Shown: positions 26,539 to 36,670 of the stretch, one piece after another
How the letters are laid out: each line of letters begins with the position of its first letter
Position numbering within the stretch: position 1 is the first letter of the stretch
DNA from: Fistulifera solaris
Taxonomy: Eukaryota
Assembly (NCBI GenBank): GCA_030295235.1
Contig: AP026147.1
Span: 496,001 to 560,000 of the forward strand
Direction of reading: 5' to 3'
Length of the DNA stretch: 64,000 bases
The notes under the pieces: model-generated
Seen by the model: only the letters and a program-made list of their open reading frames with translations
The model's database searches: none
What the model was told of the DNA's origin: nothing
Position numbers and translations under genes: made by a program

Positions 26539-26936
26539 TCAATGATTTTCATTCAGTTTGCGCAGTGCCTCAATGTAGCCTTCATTCTCCTTGTTGATTG
26601 CAGTAATGGACGTCTCTAGCACCATCCTCTTTTCAGCAAGCGCGTGAACTTTTTCTTGGACACTTTTACTGGCAAGTTCGAGAGATTGTATTCGTTCAAG
26701 TAGTTCTCGGGGGTCGACGACAATGTCGCTGCGAGACAAGCTAAAGGTGAGAACTAGCCTTATAAATCAAGAAACGTCTCCATCCATTATCAGAAAGATC
26801 ATTCATCTCACCTCAAATCAGTATTCAAATCGTCGGCTCGAATTTCCTTCGCCTTGGCCGACATTTGAGCCGACAGTTGTTCGAGTGACTGACACCATAT
26901 TTTGGTAATTTCTTCGATGCTGCTTTCCCTTGCCAT
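26539..26936 (-). CDS. ~108-aa coiled-coil protein, possibly SKA2-like
   Basis: Exon 26936-26812, GT-AG intron 26811-26741 and exon 26740-26539 join in frame. Two helices are separated by a DPRELLERI motif. Confidence 0.55.
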
Positions 26937-27401
26937 AATTTCATCTAGCAGTCAGCGAATACAGATCCACAAGTACAAAGAATGAAGGAATGATATGTTT
27001 TACTATAATGAATGGAACAAATAATGCTTGTTTAATGCGTTGTTACTTGTAATGTTCCATCATCAATGAATCATCATCGCATTGCGCCGCGAGAAAATAA
27101 ACGGCGAGAAAAATGATCCAAAACCTGTCGTACTGGTACAGTACCGTAGTACTGGTATGGTTGCAGGTTATTGGAAAGCTAAAGCTTACTGTATTCGAGT
27201 ATACTGGGAGCAAGGTAAATTAGTCTACAACGGATGTTTTCGTGTCACACAGAGTCAGAACGGTTTTTGTAAGTAGAAATAGATAATGCGTCGTGTTTTT
27301 CATTATGCCACGTGATACTAATTACGTCGTGATATATTTTTGCTTTTAAAAGTAAATAATCGCGTATTGCTCGCTCTTTTCGTGAAAAAAATCGCCAAAA
27401 A

Positions 27402-27545
27402 TAGTAGACATCTACCACCGAATAGTAGACGTCTACTAAAAAATAGTAGACGTCTACCAAAAATAGTAGACGTCTACCAAAAATTAGTAGACGTCTACTA
27501 AAACTTGGTAGATGTCTACTAAAATTTAGTAGACGTCTACTAAAT
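27402..27545. repeat. Tandem array of 7 GTAGACGTCTAC palindromes, ~20-21 bp period, A-rich spacers
   Basis: Directly visible in the sequence. Confidence 0.95.
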
Positions 27546-28048
27546 AAAAAAAATCGTAAAATGTCACAGTAAAATGAGTTCGGTTTTTGATTAAGGTTAT
27601 CCATCGCATCGAAACGTAAAGCGTCAAGCGATCGCGCATCACGATCATTTCATTCCGATCAAATGAAAGCTTTCACAATTTTTGCATTTCTTGCATACTT
27701 GTGGAACGAGCAGATGCGTATTGAGTGGCCAAACAATGAGGTGGGGCGACCGCATTGTACTGACATCGCACCGCATCAATCGCGAGGCGAACAACTCGTT
27801 TCGATCAATAGGGCGAAGAAGCGTCGCTGCTACGATGTTGTTGTCGTTGATTGAACAATACGGATTAACACTGAATAATAAAATACTTTGTACGACGACG
27901 TCCTTGTTGTAGCTTGTAGTCTATTGATGTGTGTTTATGTTTATGCGCTGCGTTCGATCGTCTCTCGTCCTCGTTCCGGGCGGAGGAAATTCTAAACCTT
28001 AAGATCTTTTCTGTGCAAAATGCACTTGAAAAATTCTTGCGATTTTTA

Positions 28049-28250
28049 GGAGACGTCTACTAAATTTTAGTAGACGTCTACCAATTTTAGTAGACGTCTA
28101 CTAATTTTTGGTAGACGTCTACTATTTTTTGTAGACGTCTACCAAATTTTAGTAGACGTCTACTAATTTTTGGTAGACGTCTACTATTTTTTTGTAGACG
28201 TCTACTATTTTTAGTAGACGTCTACTATTTTTTGGTAGACGTCTACTAAA
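28049..28250. repeat. Tandem array of 10 GTAGACGTCTAC palindromes, T-rich spacers (inverted relative to 27402-27545)
   Basis: Directly visible in the sequence. Confidence 0.95.
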
Positions 28251-28968
28251 AATTGCTCATCAATCGCCAAATGTGCGATAAAACAGGTTTAAATTTATAG
28301 CTCTATTTGTGGTATCCGTTGAAACATCGAATAAAATACATAAGGCGACGTATATCCAGCTACACATATTATTTTACGGTACTCAATTGTACATCATAAG
28401 ATTACTGTTCACATTTACTGTGCAGTAGACTGCTTTAACTTGCACCCTGCTTAATTCTTTATTGCGATGCGACAAAGAACCAGCAAAGCGGCACCCTGCA
28501 CCTCGAACCTTACTGTAGGCGGGACAGGATTTCAGTTTGACATTGATTTTTATACGCCGTTGCATGTTTTATTGCATGTTTATTATTTCTTCTCATTACC
28601 TGGTGACGTTTGTGTGAGATTACAAATTATGTACCGTCGATTGTTACTTGGAACATGTTAGCAATATCCGGGGAGAACTGAGGTGGTGATCTTTTATGTT
28701 TTTGACTTAGAAAGTCAAAAGAAGAGTGACCTCGGAATTTTCAGGAGTAAATCAGATACTCCGGTATTCTTGTTCGTAGTGGGTATCTTCGCACTTTCAC
28801 GGACCAATGAAAAGGCAGCATCCTTTTCAAAATGCTTCGCTGTCGATTGCAGGAAAATCGAAGCTTCATAAGTGAAGAAGATGTGCTTTACAATCTACCC
28901 CCAGATCGAAACAGCTGGAGAGGAAAACCGTTAGACCAAGCTGCTGCTACATACGTCATAGCTAGAGT

Positions 28969-30051
28969 ATGAGATCGGTCGATTTAGTTGATGAACTAGC
29001 TGCTTCATTGCAGCGACAACGCTTGGGAGACGAAACGGGGAAGTTCTGCAAGCTCCCTCCTCCCGCGAAACGATTCAAGGAGGAACTCGAGAAGACAGGT
29101 TTTACGATATTCAAACCGATCTCTGACTTGGGTTTCTATGAATGGGAACCAGATCTTGAAGATCACAGTCAGCTTGGCGATATTTCGGCGAATGAAATCA
29201 AACGGCAGCTTCATGTGAGAGGCAAACCGGCCCGTCTGATCAATCTGCGAACCATCAGACTTCCCTTTTCGTTCCCCGACCTTCCACCGCAAGTTTATGA
29301 GAACATATACCCCTTGGCACGTTGTGAAATTGCGGGAATCCATGTTGCGACCAAGATCAGAGGTCTCAAGCTGACGGACATTGACTTTGTGTTCTTCGGA
29401 GGCTCAACACTGTCGATGCTGGCGACCCAGAATGCAAGTCAGAAAACGTATCTTGTTACGAAGGTTCCTGGTACTTCCGTCGGTATAGTTGCCAAGGATG
29501 AAAATTACAGTTTTAATCTGGCTGACCCTGGTTTTCAGTTTGAGCGGCTTGTGACGGGTAGACCGGTGGATGAAATGGAAGAACCGACCTTTGTGGAGCA
29601 CATGCAGGTATTGAAAGTTGGCATGTACACGATTCTCTTTATCGCCAAAGTCGATGCATTGAAGGACGGCGAACCAGTTGAGGTCACTTTCTCCAATCCG
29701 TTTTACTGGGACATTAAGCAATGCTTGCAATGCGTCAGCACCGGAAGTGCGATTTTAGTTCACGGTAGGAAGAATAGAGAAAAAGATGGCGAGCACCGAG
29801 GACAATTGGATTCTATTTCGATAAAGACTCTCAGACGCCTTTACGAGGCTAAATCAGACAAGTTGAAGACAGCAGAAAACGCTATCGTCCAATCTCTTGA
29901 TGATTTAAAGCAGCAACTGGATGTTTGTAAAGCTTGCAGAGACTATGAAATCATCTTCTCGATGGAGGGGCATCTAAACCTGCGAGCTAAATCTGGATTA
30001 TCGAAATTGCTGCCTTTGTCCGACGTTATAAATGCGCTAATTGTCGTATGA
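28969..30051 (+). CDS. Divergent Rai1/DXO-like (PD-(D/E)xK fold) protein, copy 1
   Basis: Intronless 360 aa. DIDFVF, GFQFERLVT, ILFIAKVDA, PVEV and CLQC..TG...LVHG occur in the order of the DXO motifs GxxFE, EVD, ELK and WxQSxxxGxxxxxxG. Confidence 0.55.
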   Translation: MRSVDLVDELAASLQRQRLGDETGKFCKLPPPAKRFKEELEKTGFTIFKPISDLGFYEWEPDLEDHSQLGDISANEIKRQLHVRGKPARLINLRTIRLPFSFPDLPPQVYENIYPLARCEIAGIHVATKIRGLKLTDIDFVFFGGSTLSMLATQNASQKTYLVTKVPGTSVGIVAKDENYSFNLADPGFQFERLVTGRPVDEMEEPTFVEHMQVLKVGMYTILFIAKVDALKDGEPVEVTFSNPFYWDIKQCLQCVSTGSAILVHGRKNREKDGEHRGQLDSISIKTLRRLYEAKSDKLKTAENAIVQSLDDLKQQLDVCKACRDYEIIFSMEGHLNLRAKSGLSKLLPLSDVINALIVV

Positions 30052-30520
30052 TTCTGTCCTCCTTATAGTTTTAGGTTCAATATAGACAAACTACAACGGC
30101 TTATTTTTAAAAACACTAAATCTGGCGGGTGTTTGCCCACGAATTAAAAACGGACCTTATAGTGGATGCAGAACGAAACGACGTTAAAATTCTGCCTCGC
30201 CGTAGGCGCTACGTAGAAATTTGTACTGAGAGGCATGTTCCGGCAAGAGAATAGTGTTTGTTATGCTTACCTGCGAAAGCAGCATAAGAGACAAACGACG
30301 TGTATCGAAGTGGTCGCGAAACGGGATTGAGTTCGCAATGAAGGGACCCTAAAATTTTCAGGAACTAATCAGAATCATGATCGTTGGTTGACGTTGCCGT
30401 CCTTCAAAGATAAACAGCTAGGATCGCAAGAGCGGGCGGCAGCTGGTGATCAAGGAGTACCAACTTTCTCAGCAATCCAAGAAGAAACAAAGCATCATCT
30501 ACACGTTAGAACCGATCATC

Positions 30521-31596
30521 ATGAGCAACGGTGATTCGATTAGAGCATTAATAACATCCTTTCAAAGGCAGGGCTTTAAAGAGAGCTTAGAGAAATCATT
30601 GACACTCCCACCGCCCGCCGAACGATTCGCAAAGGAGATGAGAAAGACCGGTTTCCGAAGCTTCAAGCCAATTGCGGACTTAGGATTTTACGAATGGAAG
30701 CCAGACCTGAAAGGCCACAACCCTTTCGACAAAATCTCATCGGATGAAATCAAGCGACAGATTCACGCTCAGGGAAAACCAGATCGTCTCACGGACACGC
30801 GAAAGATTCGAGTTCCATTTGCATTCGCCAAACTACCGCCACAAACATATGAAAACCGATACCCGTTGTCGCATTACGAGATTGCCGGACTTTACGTGGC
30901 GACCAAGTTCCGCGGCCTCAAGCTAGAAGACATTGATTTCGTCTTTGGTGGCTCGATACTAACCATGCTGGCGACCAAGAATGAAAGCCGAAAAGTGTAC
31001 CTTGCAACAAGAATCCCAGGTACGTCGAGTCGCCCTTGTTGTCAAGGATGACAACTACAAATTTGAATCTAGCGGATCCGGGCTTTCAGTTCGAAAGACT
31101 TGTGACGGGTCGAACAATCGGCCAACGCGTCGAACCAACATTCACGGAGCATATGCAGTTGATGCAAGTTGGTGAGTACAAGATTCTATTCATTGCGGAG
31201 GCCGATGCATTAAAAGATGGCGAACCAGTTGAAGTTATATCCTCCAATCCTTACTTTTGGGGCATCAAAACGTGTTTGCAGTGTGTGTGCAGTGGGAGTC
31301 CGATTGTATGCCTCGGCAAGAAGTATCATGGAAAAGAGGGTGGATTTCGAGGAGTACTGGAATCTATTTCCTTGAGGAGTCTTTCAGAGTTGTACCAAGA
31401 CAAAGCAGAGAAGTTGAAAAAAGCAGAGAGCGAAATTTTACGAGCTCTCGATGATTTGAACCAGGAATTGCATCGATCGGACCACACAAGAGACTTCCAA
31501 ATCGTTTTCTCGAAGAATGGGCGATTAAGGTTGCAGCCTGAACTCGGTCCATCAAAAGTGTTGCCTTCTGCGAATGTAGTGGAGGCTCTTATCTAG
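30521..31596 (+). pseudogene. Rai1/DXO-like paralog, copy 2, with two +1 frameshifts
   Basis: Collinear with 28969-30051 (LPPPAERF, DLGFYEW, ADPGFQFERLVTG, ALKDGEPVEV). Extra bases near 31028 and 31065 relative to copy 1; could be an assembly error rather than a true pseudogene. Confidence 0.55.
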
Positions 31597-31933
31597 AACC
31601 GGCTTCGATTCAGATTTCTTTGCCATGCTAGAAGTACTGACTTGTTGATTGCTGATTACTGGGACATCTCTGGAGTAGCCCCTTTGGCGGCTTACTCAAA
31701 CGAGAAAAAGGTCATATCGATTCTAGCAATGTCAAAAACAGCAGCGTCGATAGAGAAGATAAACCCGTCGGTCTCTTGCTTATCATTCCAACTCCTTGTA
31801 CGATATATCCTTGCATACGATCGCTTTCCTTCTTTTAGTCGCGTTCGTCGCTCGTGAGAGTTTATAGATGTCAACGTTTCCTTGCCATTGTATTTGCCTC
31901 ATAAACTTATCAGGAACACCATTGTTATTTGAA

Positions 31934-32492
31934 TTCACTGCAAGCGCCGCGCATTTCAATTTTTTTCTCGTTTTTTTTTTGCAAATTCGACTCGCGAGTG
32001 AAGTTCAGTCATGAAAAAAGTCGCATACACACTTTGGGCCTAGAGTAAAATTATCGCTGACGCCTGGCATGATGATGATCCGATGCGGAAGACGGTCTCT
32101 CTTTGGCAATCAACGCTATCTCCTTCATCAAATTCGACTGCAATACGTCAATACATAAAACATTTTCATTTGATTTGACGTTGAAACATGAAACAATAGA
32201 AAGATACAGCGCTTTCTGTGTCTACACGTAATTTACGTAGCCGCCGTGGGAAATTTATCTCTGTAGGGGAACCCGGTAATTGCCTTTTTCACCATCGTCC
32301 GATTCTTGGGTTTCAAGTGCACAGATGTCAACGTTTTGTTGCGCACCGTATGCGCTTTGTGTCGGGAAGCTATAATTGCCACCGACTTGAAAACGAAACG
32401 TTGATGGAGCGAATGATGCAACGCTTCGAACGTCTACGTGATTTCACGTAGCTCTCGTAGGGAAATTTATCGACAGAGGGAAACCCGGATAT
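31934..32492. repeat. Second copy of the 18862-19383 dispersed repeat
   Basis: Shared blocks ttcactgcaagcgccgc, aaattcgactc, gatgatccgatgcggaagac and ttggcaatcaacgct, followed by a near-identical ~270-bp block. Confidence 0.9.
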
Positions 32493-32921
32493 CAATGATG
32501 CAGAAAGTGCCCAGGGTTATAGCTTACCTGGTACGGTACCGGTAAGGTTTACTATATGTTAAGGCTATGGATTATGGACGAACAACTGCACGGTCGGACA
32601 CGTCACCAGAGTTGCTGACGTAGCAGTATCTTTCATTTCTTTTATTCATTGCTATAGATTGTATTGAATGCGTTCTGGCATAACGGTCCATTTTAAGCGT
32701 CTTGCACATCGCGGCGTTCACCTAAGTTTCCTTCTGGGGAAATGGACGACGTCATCCGGTCCACATGAAGCACCTTCCTGTCGCAGTTGGCGCGCTCACG
32801 TGTTCATCACGTTCGTCCTCAATGCCGACCTTTTCGACGCAACAACCGGTGGTTCCTTTGCAACCATTGAGAAAGAACTCTTCAAAATCTCTTCTCCTCT
32901 TGTTCGAACAATATTTGTGAC

Positions 32922-33696
32922 ATGAAGACCTTTGCTGTCGCCGCTGTGGCCTTGGCTGCTTCTCTCGGAGCCGAGGCCTTCTCGACGGGCACTCTCTCCA
33001 GCCAGCGTCCGTCTTTGACAGTAGTCAACGGTGTGAGTCCTCTTACTGCTTGAATTCTCAAACGCCTGTAGAGTAATCTCACTGAATTCAATCTTATTAC
33101 ATACAGTACGTTCCGGACGGTTTCACGCCCGAGTCGTACAAAAAGTTCAAGGAGGAGGAGAGAAAAAAGAATGAAAAGAAAAATTTGGGTCGGCTGGGTC
33201 CCAAAGGTTTCAAGTCTCGAAGGTAGGTAGGCGAGGCTTTTATTCTAATTAGTTTGATAAATCTAACACTCCAGGTAGCTTCCAGTCCTTCCAAGAAGCA
33301 CTCGAGCGCGGAGAAGCCACTCATTTAATGCCTGTCATGAATGCGAAAGAGCGTGTCAAGAAGGGAGAATTGAAATGGGAAGATATTCCGTACATGCAAC
33401 GAGGAGGATCATGGGACAACAGTGACGTGAAAGGAGCCAAGAAAGTGAAATGGTTGCAATCCGATAAGGAGTACGCGAACGGAGGGTATTTGAAAGAGCA
33501 ATCGGTGTCGATTTTCGGTTATGGACAAGGTTTGGATTGGACCGGAACACGCTCTCGTTCGGGCCCCGCCGAGTCGGTTCCCGGCGCAGCTCCCAAGTTT
33601 GCAAAGAACTACAAGGCCCCGAACGTCAACAGTATGAAAGGCGTCCAAGCGAGCAAGGAAGAAGCACCCAAGAAGAAGTTTTTCGGACTCTTTTAA
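32922..33696 (+). CDS. Putatively plastid-targeted hypothetical protein (3 exons)
   Basis: Bipartite presequence MKTFAVAAVALAASLGAEA-FST. Introns 33033-33106 and 33223-33278 give a continuous frame YVPDGFT...GFKSRSFQSFQEALERGEATHLMPV...IPYMQRGGSWDNSD. Confidence 0.8.
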
Positions 33697-33999
33697 AACT
33701 AAAATGTTGTGATTTTTGATATGGTGATTTTTGATCGACAATCTATCATCGTCAGTCAGTCATTTCTCTTCAAATGATAGCATGGGGAGTTGAGTTCTTT
33801 GTAGTTGCATTGACGTTCCTAACTCATGCTTGTTCATCATCGCCTCGTTCATTCTTCTACTCGATCCTCCTTGAACTATCTTAGCGGTACCGTATCTTCA
33901 AGAGCAACCTCCGGGTACTTTCGTACACATTAGGGAATAGTGCACACAAAAGCAACGAGGGGAAATCCTATTCGAAAATTAATTCCGAATCTAAAATTT

Positions 34000-36562
34000 A
34001 TGATCTAATTGCTTCTTTATTCTGGTGCATCTCGTTTTCTACAATGCGGATGCTTTCACAACAATTCGCACTCCGAAAACGAGCACCATCTTGTTCGAAG
34101 GACGAAATTCCTTCCTTCCCGATCTTTCCGATCTCGCGAAACCGTTGGAAGGATTGTTCGGTCCCAGCCGTACCGAGGATTCCACGACTTTGTCACCCGT
34201 GACATTTACATCGACACCGGAAGGACTGGTACTGCAAGCCAAACGCGTTTTCAACTCGGATCTGGGTTTACTCGATCCCTCGTTATTGGATGACGAACGA
34301 TTTCAATGGGTGAGCCCGACCGTCGACAAGCCTCTCGATAAGACAGATTATCTCGCCGCGGGTCGTTTCTTTGATTTGCGTGCGGCTTTTCCGGATCTCA
34401 ATTACCGCGCGCACGATTTTCGCGTCGATGAGGATGATGCGACCGTTCGATGCACGTGTCGGATTACGGGGACGATGCGGGGTTCCTTGCGTCTGCGGGA
34501 CGTGATCTTGTCCCCGACCGGAAAAACCATGATCTGTCCGCCCGAAGGATTCAGTATGACATTCGATCTGGAGTCTGGAAAGCTCATTAAACTCTGCACC
34601 GGCTTTGCGATGGATCGTTTGGTCGGTAATACGCAAGGGACGACGGGGGTTGTGGCTGCAGCCATCACGGGAGGTCAACCAATCTCCGATTGGGATATTT
34701 ATCCACCGGCTACGGTTTTGAAACGCTTTTTCGGTAGACCTGTCAAGCCACTGCCGGAAGTATCCAACTTTTGGCTCCGTTCCCTGAAACGGTCATGATA
34801 CAGCTGGCGAAAGGCATCATCGGGTCGAATATGGCCTCCGTCGACCCTTCCTTGTTAGCACAAAGCTTCACTTACATGACGCCTTCACTTGGACCCATCG
34901 GAAAGAAGGAATTTCTTGAAAATTATGCAAAAGAAGAATTTCAAGATGTTGATCCTCGCATCAGTAACTATCGTGTCGATCCATATGACCCAGAACGTGT
35001 CTGGGTGGATCTGAAACCCGTCGGTGCCGGTTACCAGGGTGCACCACAGGCCATGTCCTTCACGTTCGACGGTGATGGATTTTGTACAAGAATCACCGCC
35101 GGAGCCGTCTTGGATCCGACCATCGGAAATGGTGGTGGGCTGGGAGGACCGGAAGGTTTGAAATATGCCCGAGGCCAAGCTTCTAATCCGTTAACAACTC
35201 GACCTCTTCCTCGACTTTTGGCCCGCATGAAAAATGATGCGCTTGCTCCCTTGTCGGGTGTTGCACAGAAAGCATCAACGGTCCAAGCTGTAGTCTCGAC
35301 ACCGAATATCCCCGAGCCGCCTCAAGCGAAACGTCCACCAGCTGTCCCGCAAGAGAAACAATTAACACCCTTGGAAAAGCTATCGGCGTCGGTGGGTGGG
35401 TCAATCAATCTATCCAATCTGATCAAAGAGGAGAAAGTAGCTTCTCCAGCGGTGAAGAGTTCTTCTCCGCCAGTGAGCAAGTCGGTAAAGCCAAAATCGC
35501 CTCCGTCGAGCAAGTCATTGCCCGTGACCAGACCGCCACCCCCAAAATCCACACCGCAAGCCGCACGTCCTACGCCACCTCCTCCACCCAAGGCTACCGC
35601 ATCATCGCTGACGTTGCCATTAGGAAGTATCAACATTCGCACACCTCCAACTCCATCCTCTCCGAGCAAAGTTGCTAGCTCAATCACAAAGAACGCGGCC
35701 GAGAAAGCAGCCCAGGCGAAACAGGGACAAAAACGAAAAGAGGCCGCCGAAGCTGCCAAAAAACAGATGATGGCCAAGGCTGCGGAACAAGCTGCTCGAA
35801 AGAAAGAAGAGGCACGAAAATCAGAGGCAGCCAGAATAGAAATGGAGCAAAAGAAAGAAGCAGCCAGAAGGGCGAGTGAAGCCAAAGCAAAGCAAGAACA
35901 AGCCAAACGAGATCAGGAAGCTGCACGACTGGCGGCGGAAACCAAGGCCAAGACAGAAGCGGCGAAACGAGCTATGGAACAGCAAAAGCAAGCGGAAGCG
36001 CTGCAGAAGAAAAAAAGCGGCAGCAGCAAAAGAAATGGAGCAAAAGCTTCGTAAAGAGGAGTCGCTGACATCTTTAAACAAAGCGACATCCAGAGCCACA
36101 ATCAGCCTCTTCGGGCGTCAGGAAACTTCCGCAATCGCCGCACCAAAACGTGACTCACAACCAAGTAGGAGTGTTCAAGTTGATCAACAACGTCGGGATG
36201 CCGAAAAGGACAAGAAGGAACGGGAGGAAGCGGCTTTGGCAACTCTTGCGAAAGCTGCGTCTAGAGCCACAATTAACTTGCTTGGATTAAAAAACCTGGA
36301 CAACGAACAGTCACTGCCAAAACAAAAGGGATTACCGGCTAAACCACCAAAGAGACCGCCCTCCGCGAGCAAGGCACCCGCAGGGGTACCAACGCTTTCG
36401 CGATGGCGTGAAAATGCCGATGGTTCCGTAACAGGTAACGTATCGGGGTCGAGAAACTTTACGGATGGAGAAAAGATTACAACCAGCAAAATTGCGAGAG
36501 GCAATTTCGCCTCGGGTGAAATTGTCGTGACAGGTAGTGGCTCCAAGTATTATCTAAATTAA
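34000..36562 (+). CDS. Putatively plastid-targeted multidomain protein: two SnoaL/NTF2-like domains, Pro-rich linker, coiled coil and small C-terminal domain
   Basis: ADA-FT presequence; repeated 'PSLL...F....P...P..K..YL...(F/Y)RVD' units. ORFs 34025, 34771 and 35876 join through homopolymer slips near 34769 and 36010. The start codon is unresolved. Confidence 0.6.
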
Positions 36563-36670
36563 ATTAGTTGATGGCGTAAAGAGAGATGACGAGATTTGCT
36601 CAGGCATTATCGTGATTTCATTCGATTTACGCTCGCAGTAACGTTTCGTGTTTGAGAATTGACGGGCTGA

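Noticed and set aside
27402..28250. CRISPR array, or coding ORF 27245-27604
   Set aside because: Spacers are only 8-9 nt A/T tracts, and the ORF is a translation of the repeat.
34765..36020. Programmed ribosomal frameshifting
   Set aside because: Similar slips occur in many unrelated genes and in both directions, which is consistent with assembly error.
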